In this document: piece after piece, positions 9,782 through 21,174 of the stretch
How the letters are laid out: every line of letters begins with the position of its first letter
How positions within the stretch are numbered: the stretch's first letter is position 1
Assembly (NCBI GenBank): GCA_963807635.1
Contig: CAWEDJ010000067.1
Location: 32,001-96,000 of the forward strand
Length of the DNA: 64,000 bases
Direction: 5' to 3'
Source of the DNA: an uncultured cyanobacterium
GTDB lineage: Bacteria > Cyanobacteriota > Cyanobacteriia > Cyanobacteriales > Microcystaceae
Notes under the pieces: model-generated
The model's input: only the letters and a program-made list of their open reading frames with translations
The model's database searches: none
What the model was told of the DNA's origin: nothing
Translations under genes and position numbers: made by a program

Positions 9782-10563
9782 TTACTTAGGGGGTTTGTTA
9801 TTGGCAGGAGCCGCAGGTTTGGCATTACTCGCCCCAGGAGCTTGGTTAGACTGTCCCTTAATCGCGGTTTGGATAAATTTTAAGGATTCTTCCGTGGGAA
9901 CTAAACGAATACTCTTGAGCATTTTATCGTCACTGCTTTGTAAAGTACCCATCACATTTTCCAGGGCAATGACATCAATTTTGATGGTAGAAGCGAGTTC
10001 GGGCTTATCCTTTTTAAAGCGATCCACCATTTCTTGAATTTGCTTTTCTTCAAAGAAAAAGGGAATAATTTGTTCATTATTTTGCTGGATAGTCAAATAG
10101 CCCTGTTCTTTACCACCACGAGCCACATACAAGGGAACGCCCCCCTGATATTTTTGACCGCCGCCGTGAGTAACTTAGTCGCAATCGCCACTTCCGTCGG
10201 AACGGGAACATAGGCAAAATTGAGGGCATCAGTTTTCCCCGCATTCGCGATCGCCAACTTGTAAACTTCCCCCAAAGAAACAGGCTGAACCGTTACCTTA
10301 CTTGCAATATCAGGTTTATCTTTCTTTAATTGTTGAAAAAACTTTTGTGCTTCCTGTTGACTCACAAAAATTCCCGTCACCTTTTTATTGTTATCAATGG
10401 CAACCAGAGGCGCACCCTGGGCATCGGCAATGGTAAAAACGGGAATTCCTTGCAAAAGCTTGACAACTTCTTCCGTCGGCAGAGCCAACACCTTTAAAGT
10501 TTGTCCTACTAAAGTCGTTAATACCGCTCCACCGACCAGACCCCAACGGATAAATGAATTCAT
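9782..10563 (-). CDS. Tic22-family periplasmic chaperone; frameshift at about 10162
   Basis: ALPTEEVVKLLQGIPVFTIADAQGAPLV...; second frame YQGGVPLYVA...IPFFF..Q. Confidence 0.85.
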
Positions 10564-11117
10564 GCTTTAAAAACCTCGGACAAATAATTTAGGTACTGTG
10601 AACAAAAAAACAAACGAGAGACTCCCCACCGTTTACGACAGCAAACGCGATTAACAGTGTATCGCAATCAACTCAATTTTTAAGACTCTTTAGTTTAGCT
10701 TAAGGAAACTCCGCTCGTTGGATATAGGTCAGTTGACCCAGACAACAAACAAAATTTTTTAAAATTTACTTTCCCAGATGAATTAATCAAAGACTGTAGA
10801 CGAATCTTTTTAAAAAAGGTTCCTCATGGTCTTTATCCTAACCCTAAGCAATTCAAGATCAAGGGATAATTTGGTAGGTTAAAAAACTGTCACTTTTCGG
10901 ATGAATTCTTCGGAATTGAAGCTAGTTTAATTAACAGATACCCTCTAGGTCTATTGGAGATTTTGGGGGTTTTGGGACTATGGCAAGCTGATTGAAAAGC
11001 CCAAATGTTGATTTTTAAAGAAAAATGAGCGATTCAATGGGAATTATCGACAAGAATTGACAAAAAAGAGCTTGTAAAATACCTTTTTTCTAAAATAAAT
11101 CCCATATTTCTGGGTAA

Positions 11118-11336
11118 ATGTCTCTTTTCGTTGAAGTTGGAACTTTCAATTTTCTATCATTCGGATCGATAATAGAGATAGGGAAGTCAGACGAAAAATA
11201 TGCCGATTCCCTGAGAGGGTATATGTTTAGCACCTTTTTCTATCCCTATTCCTGGACTTATTTGTTAGTTAAGATCGTGGTTTTAGCGATCGCGCTCTTG
11301 CTTTGGTTCATGATGACCACTGCTCCCGTCATCTAA
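11118..11336 (+). CDS. Small hypothetical membrane protein
   Basis: 72-aa ATG ORF with a C-terminal hydrophobic helix, convergent with der. Confidence 0.35.
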   Translation: MSLFVEVGTFNFLSFGSIIEIGKSDEKYADSLRGYMFSTFFYPYSWTYLLVKIVVLAIALLLWFMMTTAPVI

Positions 11337-11391
11337 ATCACGTTGAATTTAGCTTCAGACAACGGGCAAGATTCTTGGATCGCAACTTTTT

Positions 11392-12750
11392 CTACACCTT
11401 GGCCGCACGGTTCGGGCCTGGCTCATTTTCCCGTACCTTCTTGCCACGCCACACCAAACGGATGGGAGTTCCCTTAAAACCGAGTTGTTTGCGAAATTGA
11501 CTTTCGATATAGCGTTTGTAATTTTCGTTAAACCGTTTAGGATCATTAACAAATAACGCGATCGTCGGCGGTTGGGTTGTCACCTGGGTTCCGTAATAAA
11601 TTTTTCCTTGTTTGCCCTGACGAGTGGTCGGCGGAGAATGCCAGCTAACAGCTTCTTCTAAGACTTCGTTGATTACGGCGGTACTCACTCGACGACAATA
11701 CTCGGTATTCGCTTTTTCCACCGCATCGAGAATATTTTGTACTCGTTGCCCAGTCATGGCACTGACAAACATCATTTCCGCCCATTCCATAAAATAGAGA
11801 CGGGACATGAGGTCTTTTTGATATTCATAAATGGTAAAAGCGTTCTTTTCAACCGCATCCCATTTATTGATAATTAAAATCACGGCCCGACCTTCTTCGG
11901 TGATTCGCCCTGCGAGTTTGAGATCCTGTTCCGTTACGCCGTCTAGGACATCTAGCACAAAAAGAATAACATCTGCCCGACGAATGGCCTTAAAAGCTCG
12001 ATTAATACTAAAAAATTCGGCTCCATATTCTACATTCTTTTTACGGCGAATCCCTGCTGTGTCAATTAAGCGATAACGGGTTTCTCCCCGCTCAATGATC
12101 ATGTCAATCGTGTCCCTAGTGGTTCCTGCAATGGGGCTGACGATCGCCCGTTGTTCTCCCGTTAAGGCATTCAGTAAACTAGATTTACCGACATTGGGAC
12201 GACCGATAATGGCAACTTTGATTTCATCGGGTTCAGAATCGGGGTCAACGATGGGTAAATGAATGATTAATTCGTCTAATAATTCCCCTGTGCCATTGCC
12301 ATGAATCGAAGAAATCGCGTAGGGTTCACCTAATCCTAATTCCCAAAATTGAGCGGCCTGAATCATGCCCTGTTCAGGGGATTCGCATTTATTGACCGCC
12401 AGAAGTACAGGCACTTTTTGTTGGCGCAACCACTGGGCAATTTCTTGATCACTGGGAGTGGGGCCTTTTTGGCCATCCACCACAAAAATAGCCGCGCTCG
12501 CTTCTGCAAGGGCTAACATGGCCTGTTCGCGGATCATCGGTAAAAATTCGCTGTCATCATCAAAGACCAATCCGCCCGTATCTACGACTTGAAATTCTCG
12601 GTCTTGCCAATAGGAAGGTTGATAAGTGCGATCGCGGGTGATTCCAGGTTCGTCATGGACGATCGCCTGTTGATTTCCAGCAAGACGATTAACTAGGGTA
12701 GATTTGCCGACATTCGGTCGGCCAACAATAGCAACAATGGGCAGGGGCAT
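11392..12750 (-). CDS. der: Ribosome biogenesis GTPase Der (EngA)
   Basis: Two GRPNVGKS G-domains, DTGG/DTAG, NKCE/NKWD, KH-like C-terminus. Confidence 0.97.
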   Translation of the reverse strand: MPLPIVAIVGRPNVGKSTLVNRLAGNQQAIVHDEPGITRDRTYQPSYWQDREFQVVDTGGLVFDDDSEFLPMIREQAMLALAEASAAIFVVDGQKGPTPSDQEIAQWLRQQKVPVLLAVNKCESPEQGMIQAAQFWELGLGEPYAISSIHGNGTGELLDELIIHLPIVDPDSEPDEIKVAIIGRPNVGKSSLLNALTGEQRAIVSPIAGTTRDTIDMIIERGETRYRLIDTAGIRRKKNVEYGAEFFSINRAFKAIRRADVILFVLDVLDGVTEQDLKLAGRITEEGRAVILIINKWDAVEKNAFTIYEYQKDLMSRLYFMEWAEMMFVSAMTGQRVQNILDAVEKANTEYCRRVSTAVINEVLEEAVSWHSPPTTRQGKQGKIYYGTQVTTQPPTIALFVNDPKRFNENYKRYIESQFRKQLGFKGTPIRLVWRGKKVRENEPGPNRAAKV

Positions 12751-12847
12751 AATTCGGGGTCACGGAAAGACTAGCTTTACTATCTTAGCCGAAACAACTT
12801 GAACCTGTTGAAAAATGTCTTTTAATAGGAATCAGTTTTGATTTGTT

Positions 12848-13676
12848 CTAAAATTCATTACCTAACAAAAATTTTTGAATCGCGATCGCCACTCCATCTT
12901 CCTCTACATCGATGGTCACCCAATCCGCTATGGCTTGAACCTCTGGAGGGGCGTTCCCCATTGCGACCCCAATCTCGGCATACCGTAACATTTCCAGATC
13001 ATTGAAATTATCTCCAATGGCCATCACTTGCTCAGAAGTTAATCCTAAAATTTCTTCGGCCAGATGGCGAACCGCTAACCCCTTATTGGCTTGGGGATGG
13101 GTTAATTCCAGATAAATTTCTGTCGATTGGGTGACATGGAGTTCATCTCTGCTGAAGCGATCGCTAAAATGAGTAATTAATTCTTGGATTAAGGTCGCAT
13201 CCTGACTCACAACCAGGAGTTTTAAACTAGATCGCTCGGCAATGGAGCCTAAATCTGGCACAATAACGGGTTTTGCTCCAGAACGCAACTTATAACGCTC
13301 GGTTTCTAGGGTAATTTCCCTGACGTACAGTTGATCATCATAGTAACAATGCACATCCAATCTGGATCTAAACTGCGGCTGTTCCAGATGATCTAAAAGT
13401 GCCAGAGCAATATTGGGCGTGACGGATAATTCTTGATAGGTTTTGTCGGTTTGGGGATCTTTGATTAACGCGCCATTGTAAGCAATTAGGGGCAGTTGGG
13501 AACCGATATCGTGATAAAAAGGCAGGGGCCGAATGGTACATTCTTCCCGTTGCGAGGGCGACCTGAATTCCTTGAGCCTGAACTGCTTTGATCGCCGATT
13601 TAATCGGTTCACGGACGCTATTGGATTCTCCCGCGATCGTACCGTCAATGTCCAGGACTAATAGGCGAATATCCAC
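12848..13676 (-). CDS. Cof-type HAD-IIB hydrolase; frameshift at about 13527
   Basis: LDIDGT, LATGR in one frame; YNGA...KG...AIGDNFNDLEML in the other. Confidence 0.9.
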
Positions 13677-13697
13677 AAACGACCCCTAACTTACTAA

Positions 13698-13770
13698 CGA
13701 ACACGGAGGGATTCGAACCCCCGACCCTCAGGACCGGAACCTGATGCTCTATCCACTGAGCTACGTGTCC
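13698..13770 (-). tRNA. trnR-CCG: tRNA-Arg (anticodon CCG)
   Basis: Reverse complement GGACACGTAGCTCAGTGGATAGAGCATCAGGTTCCGGTCCTGAGGGTCGGGGGTTCGAATCCCTCCGTGTTCG folds as a cloverleaf; no encoded CCA. Confidence 0.95.
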
Positions 13771-13796
13771 ACAAACGATCCTTAAGATAACATTTT

Positions 13797-14900
13797 TTAG
13801 TCGCGATCGGGGAGAAACTTTGCGCCGCGCTGTTGGAGGCTTTCTCTGAGGGTGTCGGTCATGCCAGCATTATCACCAAAAAGGGTTTCGGTAAGTGTCG
13901 CACTACTAAGGTTTGCGTTAGTGATATTGGTCTGAGTCAAATTAGCATGACTTAAATTGCTGCCAATGAGATTGACGAGGGCCAAGCTCGCTTTATGAAA
14001 ATCCGTATATTGCAAATCCGCGCTTTCTAAATAGGCTCCACTCAGATCTGCTCCACTAAAATTAGCATTCCTCAGATTGGCTTCACTTAAATCCGCATCG
14101 GTAAGAATTGCGCCTCGAAAATTAAGACAAGAGAGGTCTGCACCACTCAATTCAACGCTATTCAGGACGGCTCCTAGAAAATTCCCTCCTGCCAAGTCTT
14201 TTTTCAGATTCAATCCTGCGATTTGAGCGAGTTCAGCTAAATTTTGAGTATCGGCTTCATAAATTTGATCAATGATATTTTGAAGTTCTCCTAGCTTTTC
14301 TGCACTAGCTTCAAGAAATTTGGGAGTGACGGGATCGTATTGGGGGATAGAATCGGCGATCGCGTACTGAACGCTACAAACCTGGGGAGTAAAATAATGT
14401 TGCACCAAAAAGCGAGCTAAAACCCGTTCTAGAATGCCGTGCTTATTGGGGCTGAGATCGTGCCGCCATAAATTCTCGGCGTTGGTGATAGAAAGATCGG
14501 CGGGACGAATTTCCCAAGTTCCTGTGAGATAACAAGGCTGATCGTTGAGAATAATGTTACCCAAGGGAATATCTTGATGAACCTGATCGAGAAAACTTTT
14601 GCCACGAGGAGGAAGCAATTGCCACACAAATCCTGACGTTTGCTCATTGGCCAATCGGGAAATATTGTCTCTTTGCTCAGGAAGAGGGATGAATTCACCT
14701 GAATTTAGCTTGAGTTTAAAGAGTCCTGCCTTCAATGCCAATTTAACCCTTCCCCCTAACAGCGATCGCCACTGCTCTTGGTAATGGAGACCGAGGGAAA
14801 GGGAAAAGGTCTTTTCTGAAGGATCAAAAATCCCTGTAAGGTCGAGTTCAACCCATTCGGGATAAGGATTTTGGATTTCTAGCAGATGAATCTCTGGCAT
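13797..14900 (-). CDS. Pentapeptide repeat protein
   Basis: C-terminal A(D/N)LS pentapeptide repeats. Confidence 0.85.
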   Translation of the reverse strand: MPEIHLLEIQNPYPEWVELDLTGIFDPSEKTFSLSLGLHYQEQWRSLLGGRVKLALKAGLFKLKLNSGEFIPLPEQRDNISRLANEQTSGFVWQLLPPRGKSFLDQVHQDIPLGNIILNDQPCYLTGTWEIRPADLSITNAENLWRHDLSPNKHGILERVLARFLVQHYFTPQVCSVQYAIADSIPQYDPVTPKFLEASAEKLGELQNIIDQIYEADTQNLAELAQIAGLNLKKDLAGGNFLGAVLNSVELSGADLSCLNFRGAILTDADLSEANLRNANFSGADLSGAYLESADLQYTDFHKASLALVNLIGSNLSHANLTQTNITNANLSSATLTETLFGDNAGMTDTLRESLQQRGAKFLPDRD

Positions 14901-15099
14901 AGCTCAAGAAAAATTGAATGATTCTGGATAGGCACATAGCCTTAATAATGACCTTCTTGCTGTCCTAGTGTCTAGTCCCGATGAATAGCTTAAACAAAAG
15001 ATCAAAGAAATTAGAAAAAAAGTCATAAAAAATCGACTTTGTGTATAATCATGATACAGAAATAGAAAGTTCTTTTCCCGTCTTTAACTCAAGAATTTG

Positions 15100-15777
15100 A
15101 TGGATCAGTCACTCACTCAAGACAAACCGCTCACAGCCGTATTCCGCCGCTTGGGAAATAGTTCCTTTCCTCCTGTTGTAGAAAGTTTTGATCGCAGCAA
15201 AACAATCTTTTTTCCAGGAGATCCCGCCGAAAGGGTTTACTTTTTACTCAAAGGGGCTGTTAAGCTTTCCCGTGTCTATGAAGCGGGGGAAGAAATTACC
15301 GTAGCTTTATTGCGAGAAAATAGCGTTTTCGGTGTTTTATCCTTAATTACGGGGCAACGATCCGATCGCTTCTACCATGCCGTAGCCTTTACCCCTGTGG
15401 AATTACTCTCTGCCCCTATCGAACAGGTAGAACAAGCTCTCAAAGAACATCCTGATTTGGCGATGTTGATGTTACAGGGTCTCTCTTCTCGGATCTTACA
15501 GACGGAAATGATGATCGAGACCCTGGCTCATCGGGATATGGGATCGCGCCTAGTGAGTTTTCTGTTGATTCTGTGTCGAGATTTCGGGGTTCCCACTTCG
15601 GAGGGGATTCGGGTGGACTTAAAATTGTCCCATCAGGCGATCGCCGAAGCCATTGGATCGACTAGAGTAACGGTAACGCGACTTTTAGGAGATCTAAGGG
15701 AGGGGGAATTGATTTCTATTCACAAGAAAAAAATCACCGTCCATAATCCTGTTGCATTAAGCCAACAATTTACCTAA
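15100..15777 (+). CDS. ntcA: Global nitrogen regulator NtcA
   Basis: [44 protein letters not shown]...[21 protein letters not shown]. Confidence 0.98.
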   Translation: MDQSLTQDKPLTAVFRRLGNSSFPPVVESFDRSKTIFFPGDPAERVYFLLKGAVKLSRVYEAGEEITVALLRENSVFGVLSLITGQRSDRFYHAVAFTPVELLSAPIEQVEQALKEHPDLAMLMLQGLSSRILQTEMMIETLAHRDMGSRLVSFLLILCRDFGVPTSEGIRVDLKLSHQAIAEAIGSTRVTVTRLLGDLREGELISIHKKKITVHNPVALSQQFT

Positions 15778-15786
15778 ACCTGAGAT

Positions 15787-17280
15787 ATGACCAGCGCCTA
15801 TATCCTCATTCTCGTCGTATTAATTTTTGGGGGATTAATCGCGGCTTTAGGCGATCGCCTGGGAAGTAAAGTCGGGAAAGCCAAACTACGAATTTTTAAT
15901 TTGCGACCCCGACAAACCGCCGTCGTCTTGACCGTCATGACAGGAACCTTGATTGCGGCTACCACTTTGGGGGTACTATTTACCTTTAGTAAATCCTTAA
16001 GAGAAGGCATTTTTAAACTAGATGATATTCTCAAACAATTAAGAGTTGCCCAGGCTGATTTGGAAAAAGCGGCTAGGGAAAAAGTAGAAATTGAAAAAAA
16101 ACTTAAAGCGGCTAAAATTCAGGAAAAAGTCGCCAAAACTCAACAGGAATCTCTACAAAAACGGAGTAAAGAAATTAATGAAAACTATAATCGGGTTTTA
16201 AATAAATTAAAACAAGCTTCTTCAGCCGCTACAAAATTACAATCAGATGTCAAAATTTTATTAAAGGAACGAGAACAATTAGCCCAACAACGACAAACCC
16301 TAACCCAGGAAATGAATACCCTCCAAGCTCAGGTTAAACTCAGGGATAATGAACTCAATAAACGACAAGATAAAATTGCGGCCCAAGACAAAATTTTGTC
16401 TGAGCGTCAGGCACGTTTACAAATTTTAGAAAAACGGTTTCAAACGCTAGAATCCCAACGTCAAAAACTCCAAAGTGAAATTAATACACGAGATAGTAGA
16501 ATTAGTGAATTAGACCAGGCGATCGCGTTAAAAAATGAAACGATTAAAGTTCGAGAAGATAAATTAAAAGACCTGGAAAATCAACTGGGTTATTTAAATC
16601 GACAGGTTCAGATTTTAGAGCAATATTATCAAAATTATCAAGATCTACGAGAGCGTAGAATTGCCCTAGTTCGGGGACAAGTACTGGCTTTTGCTGCATT
16701 AAGAATTGTTAATCCCCAGGCGGTTACTAATGCGATCGATGAACTCTTGAGACAGGCCAATAAAATGGTACTGGAAGCCGTTTTACCGCCCAATACCCCC
16801 ATGCCTTCTTCACCCTTAGTTAAAATTACCAAAGCCCAGGTAGAACAGCTTGCTAATCAATTACAAAGCGGAGAAGATTATGTCGTAAGAATTATTTCGG
16901 CGGGGAATTATGTTCAGGGAGAAAATGATATTCGGGTCTTTGCAGATGTTGCGCCTAATAAATTAATTTTTCCAGCAGATGAAATTATTGCAACTATTTC
17001 AATGGATGCCTCCAATTTTAGCGAAGAAGATATTCAAAAACGACTCGATTTAATTCTATCTGCCGCTCGTTTTCGCGCTCGTCGAGAAGGTATTTTAGGG
17101 GGAATTCAAGTAGAAGATGGACGGGTAAAAACCTTAATCAAATTTATTGAAGATATTAGCAAAACAGGAAATCGCCCTGATGAAATACGAGTTGTAACAG
17201 CAACGGACACTTATACTGTCGGGCCCTTAAAATTAAGATTAATTGCCCTTAAAAATGGAGAAATCATTTTTGAAACCTAA
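15787..17280 (+). CDS. DUF3084-type membrane-anchored coiled-coil protein
   Basis: GG.IA..GDRLG.KVGK..L..F.LRPR.TA N-terminus, long coiled coil, position after ntcA. Confidence 0.8.
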   Translation: MTSAYILILVVLIFGGLIAALGDRLGSKVGKAKLRIFNLRPRQTAVVLTVMTGTLIAATTLGVLFTFSKSLREGIFKLDDILKQLRVAQADLEKAAREKVEIEKKLKAAKIQEKVAKTQQESLQKRSKEINENYNRVLNKLKQASSAATKLQSDVKILLKEREQLAQQRQTLTQEMNTLQAQVKLRDNELNKRQDKIAAQDKILSERQARLQILEKRFQTLESQRQKLQSEINTRDSRISELDQAIALKNETIKVREDKLKDLENQLGYLNRQVQILEQYYQNYQDLRERRIALVRGQVLAFAALRIVNPQAVTNAIDELLRQANKMVLEAVLPPNTPMPSSPLVKITKAQVEQLANQLQSGEDYVVRIISAGNYVQGENDIRVFADVAPNKLIFPADEIIATISMDASNFSEEDIQKRLDLILSAARFRARREGILGGIQVEDGRVKTLIKFIEDISKTGNRPDEIRVVTATDTYTVGPLKLRLIALKNGEIIFET

Positions 17281-17297
17281 CATCAAGAGAAAAGTAA

Positions 17298-17696
17298 ATG
17301 TTTTATTTAGGCTTTGACCCAGGACGAGATAAATGCGGAATAGCAGTGGTGGATACCAATTATGGTGTTCATTGTCATGAGGTTATTTTATCCGATGATG
17401 TTGCTGAAAATTTAGTCTCTGTCTGTCAACAATTTCCCATTGGACAATTAATTATGGGCAATCAAACGACGGCCAAACAATGGAAAGCCCAGTTAGAAAA
17501 GATTTTACCCCGTCCCATTCCCATTACAATGGTTGATGAACGCAATAGCTCCGTAGAAGCCCGCGATCGCTATTGGGAAATGTATCCTCCCCAGGGATTA
17601 ATCCGTTTAATACCCCAGGGTTTGCGAGTGCCTCCTCGTCCTATTGATGATATTGTTGCAATTTTATTAATTGAACGTTATCTTGCGCAGATTTAA
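17298..17696 (+). CDS. YqgF/RuvX-like RNase H-fold nuclease
   Basis: LGFDPGRDKCGIA, VDERNSS, DDIVA. Confidence 0.8.
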   Translation: MFYLGFDPGRDKCGIAVVDTNYGVHCHEVILSDDVAENLVSVCQQFPIGQLIMGNQTTAKQWKAQLEKILPRPIPITMVDERNSSVEARDRYWEMYPPQGLIRLIPQGLRVPPRPIDDIVAILLIERYLAQI

Positions 17697-17753
17697 ACGA
17701 GTTTCTAACACTTAATTATCAATTTTTAATTATCAATCATCAACTTTTAATTT

Positions 17754-18869
17754 ATGAACTGGTGGCAAAAACTTCAAGAAAATTCCCTTGCTCGTTTCGG
17801 TGCAATTTTATTATTAATTTTTTATTTAAGTGTTATTGCCGCCGATTTTATCGCTCCCTACGATCCCTACACTTCCCAAATAGACGGCTCCCTCCTCCCT
17901 CCTACCACCATTCATTGGCGAAGTCCAGAGGGTCAATGGATTGGCCCCCATGTTTATCCCACCACCCAAAGTCCGACCGATCTCATCACAGGCGATCGCG
18001 ACTTGAATGTAGATTTCAGTAAACCATCCCCCATCACATTTTTTGCTAAAGGAACTCCCTATCGTTTACTCCAATTAAAACTGCCCCTACCCCCTAAATT
18101 CCAAGAAAAAGAGATTTTTTCAGGAATTGAATTGAATCGTCATTTATTTGGTACTGATGGATCGGCCTACCTCAATCTTTTAGGAACCGATGAACAGGGA
18201 AGAGATCAATTTAGTCGCCTTTTATTTGGGGGAAGAATTAGTTTATTTATTGGGTTAGTCGGCATTGTTATTTCTTTTCCATTGGGAATGATTGTTGGGG
18301 GAATATCGGGTTATTTTGGGGGTTGGATTGATGCTATTTTAATGCGATTTGTTGAAGTTTTAATGACCATTCCTGGCATTTATTTGTTAGTGGCTCTCGC
18401 GGCTGTATTGCCTCCTGGCTTAACCAGCGCACAACGTTTTTTATTAATTGTTTTAATCACCTCTTTTATCGGTTGGTCTGGACTTGCTAGGGTCATTCGG
18501 GGTCAAGTTTTATCTATCAAGGAACAGGAATTCGTCCAGGCGGCCCAAGCAATGGGAGCAACACCTTGGCGTATTATTGTTCGGCATATTTTACCGCAAA
18601 CGGCTACCTATATTATTATCTCCGCCACCTTAGCTGTCCCTGGTTTTATTATTTCGGAATCTGTTCTAAGCCTAATTGGGCTAGGTATTCAACAACCCGA
18701 TCCCAGTTGGGGAAATTTACTTTCCTTGGGGACAAATGCCTCAATTTTAGTTTTGCAACCCTGGTTAATTTGGCCACCTGCTTTATTGATTATTTTGACG
18801 GTATTATGTTTTAATTTATTAGGAGATGGACTGCGGGATGCCCTTGATCCTCGTAGTTTACAAGAATAG
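17754..18869 (+). CDS. Peptide/nickel ABC transporter permease (OppC/DppC-like)
   Basis: LGTDEQGRD..SRLL.G.RISL; EFVQAA.A.GA...I..RHILP; FNLLGDGLRDALDP. Confidence 0.9.
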   Translation: MNWWQKLQENSLARFGAILLLIFYLSVIAADFIAPYDPYTSQIDGSLLPPTTIHWRSPEGQWIGPHVYPTTQSPTDLITGDRDLNVDFSKPSPITFFAKGTPYRLLQLKLPLPPKFQEKEIFSGIELNRHLFGTDGSAYLNLLGTDEQGRDQFSRLLFGGRISLFIGLVGIVISFPLGMIVGGISGYFGGWIDAILMRFVEVLMTIPGIYLLVALAAVLPPGLTSAQRFLLIVLITSFIGWSGLARVIRGQVLSIKEQEFVQAAQAMGATPWRIIVRHILPQTATYIIISATLAVPGFIISESVLSLIGLGIQQPDPSWGNLLSLGTNASILVLQPWLIWPPALLIILTVLCFNLLGDGLRDALDPRSLQE

Positions 18870-19077
18870 AAAAATTAGTTCTATTTATCAGCTAATTACT
18901 TTAGGTAACTGATGAGAATTAAACTAATAGTATATTTTGTGATCGTTCCCCTCCCTTGATAAAAATGGTTTCCGTCAGACGGGCGGATTCTACAATTTTT
19001 AATGCTCACCCGATTAATCCTATTTTAACCCTCAGAAATATTCATATTTCAACCATAGACTAAACAGATACATAACT

Positions 19078-19560
19078 ATGTGGGAAAAATCAAAAACTCA
19101 GCTTATTAAACTAGCGTCTCTGTTGGGAGACGATCACTTTCTGAAAGTATTGCATTTTTTTGAGAAACTCATTGCCAAAATTCTCTCTACTTGTCTGATA
19201 ATTGTTATTTTTGTTTCTCTTGCTGATTTAATAAAATATTTATATACAGATCTTTTTGGACAGCATCCTGTTGGTTTTTTTGGGACAACTTTAATTGAGA
19301 TTTTTGGTCTATTTTTAAATATTCTAATTGCAATGGAGTTATTAGAAAACATTACTGGATACCTGAAAAAAAATGTTATTCAAGTTGAATTAGTGATTAT
19401 AACTTCCATCATTGCTGTCGCCCGTAAAATTATTATTTTCGATTTCAATAAATACGGCGAGATGCAATTAGCGGCATTGGTCGTGGCAACCTTGGGCTTA
19501 TCAGGAAGTTATTGGTTGCTTAAACAAATTAGCGATCGCCGAGAACAGAATCACGATTAA
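19078..19560 (+). CDS. PsiE-family membrane protein
   Basis: FL.ILIA.ELLENI..YL...V.LVI.T.IIAVARKII. Confidence 0.8.
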   Translation: MWEKSKTQLIKLASLLGDDHFLKVLHFFEKLIAKILSTCLIIVIFVSLADLIKYLYTDLFGQHPVGFFGTTLIEIFGLFLNILIAMELLENITGYLKKNVIQVELVIITSIIAVARKIIIFDFNKYGEMQLAALVVATLGLSGSYWLLKQISDRREQNHD

Positions 19561-19854
19561 TACAATTAAGTCAAAACAATTATCTAGAATAATCCCTAAA
19601 ATTCAAATATTTTGCAGATCTGCGATCGCCTTTTTATGATAAATAAATTTAAAATTTTCCTATTAAGGGGGAACGTTACTCAACCAATGAAATGCAAGTA
19701 GCCTCCTGAATCAAGAAGAAGACTAGTCACAAGTCCCAGAAAAATATACAATTCTAGATAACTTGGCTAAACCCTAGTCCGTTGCTAACGCTGGGGAAAT
19801 TGATTATCCACGCCCTTATCATTAAAAATATCCCGTTAGGAGGAAAAACTTTTC

Positions 19855-20265
19855 ATGAAAATTCTATCTCGTTTTTTGGTTGTCCTGACTCTGATCGTCG
19901 GTTGCCTTGGTTTTCTAGGACAATTTCCCGCTCAGGCCCTGGGCTTTCCTTCTTCTTCAACGATTGTTGCGGAAGCTTTAGTCAATAAAGTCGATGCTAA
20001 ACTCACTACCGAGTATGGACAAAAAATCGATTTAAATAATAGCGATATTCGTGATTTCCGAGATTTACGCGGTTTTTATCCTAATTTAGCGGGCAAAATT
20101 ATTAAAAATGCTCCCTATGATGAAATCGATGATGTTTTGACGATTCCTGGCTTGTCTGACAAACAAAAAGAACAATTACAAGCCAATTTGGACAAATTCA
20201 CCGTAACCGAAACTTCTCAGGAATTGACTGAAGGCGATGACCGTTATAATCCTGGGGTTTACTAA
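19855..20265 (+). CDS. psbU: Photosystem II 12 kDa extrinsic protein
   Basis: KIDLNNSDIRDFR.LRGFYPNLA..I..NAPY...GDDRYNPGVY. Confidence 0.96.
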   Translation: MKILSRFLVVLTLIVGCLGFLGQFPAQALGFPSSSTIVAEALVNKVDAKLTTEYGQKIDLNNSDIRDFRDLRGFYPNLAGKIIKNAPYDEIDDVLTIPGLSDKQKEQLQANLDKFTVTETSQELTEGDDRYNPGVY

Positions 20266-20310
20266 ATACGGGTTTTTATTTATTTTCAAATAAATTAGAG
20301 AATAAGTTTT

Positions 20311-20341
20311 AGGGGGTTCAATGTTAACCCTCTTTTTTTTT
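20311..20341 (+). terminator. Intrinsic terminator after psbU
   Basis: AGGGGGTT...AACCCTCT hairpin followed by a T tract. Confidence 0.6.
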
Positions 20342-20401
20342 AATCAAAAATATTCAACTCCAAGGGTTTTGTTTTTTGAGGAATTGTCGATCGCGCCTAA
20401 A

Positions 20402-20442
20402 GGTTCGGACATTACCCATGCAGGCGATCGCGGAACCGAACC
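20402..20442. promoter_or_regulatory. GTTCGG inverted repeat upstream of hspA (K-box/Rre1-type stress motif)
   Basis: GGTTCGG (20402-20408) ... CCGAACC (20436-20442). Confidence 0.4.
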
Positions 20443-20553
20443 ATCGATTTTCAACTAAGAACTACTCTAAAGGTAGAGGAGCAAAGCAGAAAGAAGCTTT
20501 ACTCTTGTAGAGTGAGGAGTAGCTGGTGAATGCTAATTCTGGAGGTAAGTCCT

Positions 20554-21015
20554 ATGTCGTTAATACGCTGGCAACCTTTTCGAGAAATTGATGAACTCCA
20601 ACGGGAAATGAATCGATTTTTCGATGTCTTGATACCCAAAGAATCCATTGGCAATGGTGAAAAGGCTGTATGGAACTTTGTTCCGTCTGCTGAATTGATT
20701 GATACTCCCGAAGCAGTCAACCTTAAATTAGAAGTTCCAGGAATCGACCCCAAAGATATAGACATTGAAGTAACCGCCGATTCCGTCAGCATTCGGGGTG
20801 AACGTAAATCTGAAAGCAAGACCGAAGAAAAAGGCATGACTCGCACCGAATTTCGCTATGGCGAGTTCCATCGAGTCATTCCATTACCCGTCCATATTAA
20901 TAACACCGATGTCAAAGCCACTTACAAAGACGGTATTCTTACCTTAGCTTTACCCAAAGTGGAAGAAGAACAAAACCGAGTGGTGAAAGTGGCGATTGCC
21001 GCAGGTGAAGGTTAA
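20554..21015 (+). CDS. hspA: Small heat shock protein Hsp20
   Basis: MSLIRWQPFREID, LEVPGI, EFRYG.F.R.I.LP, A.YKDGIL.L.LPK; GGAGG RBS. Confidence 0.92.
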   Translation: MSLIRWQPFREIDELQREMNRFFDVLIPKESIGNGEKAVWNFVPSAELIDTPEAVNLKLEVPGIDPKDIDIEVTADSVSIRGERKSESKTEEKGMTRTEFRYGEFHRVIPLPVHINNTDVKATYKDGILTLALPKVEEEQNRVVKVAIAAGEG

Positions 21016-21112
21016 TCTTGCCTGACAAATTTCTTAGATTCTATGATCAGGAGGTGAAATGCCACCAACTAAAGTTACTCTTAACTAATTTCTAAATAAT
21101 CCTTTAATGTTG

Positions 21113-21142
21113 GGGTGGGAGATTTTATCCCACCTTTTTTTT
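21113..21142 (+). terminator. Intrinsic terminator after hspA
   Basis: GGTGGGA...TCCCACC plus T tract. Confidence 0.65.
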
Positions 21143-21174
21143 GCAAAAGTTGTCACGAAGTTGGTAGGAAAGTA

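Noticed and set aside
9526..10037. Plus-strand ORFs overlapping prmC and tic22 (and similar short overlapping ORFs elsewhere)
   Set aside because: Antisense to well-supported genes, with no recognisable motifs
13698..13770. tRNA-Arg as an integration site
   Set aside because: No integrase or duplicated tRNA 3' end seen; flanked by housekeeping genes
15043..15057. Possible NtcA autoregulatory box upstream of ntcA (GTATAATCATGATAC)
   Set aside because: Spacer is 9 nt, not GTA-N8-TAC; it may simply contain a TATAAT -10 element
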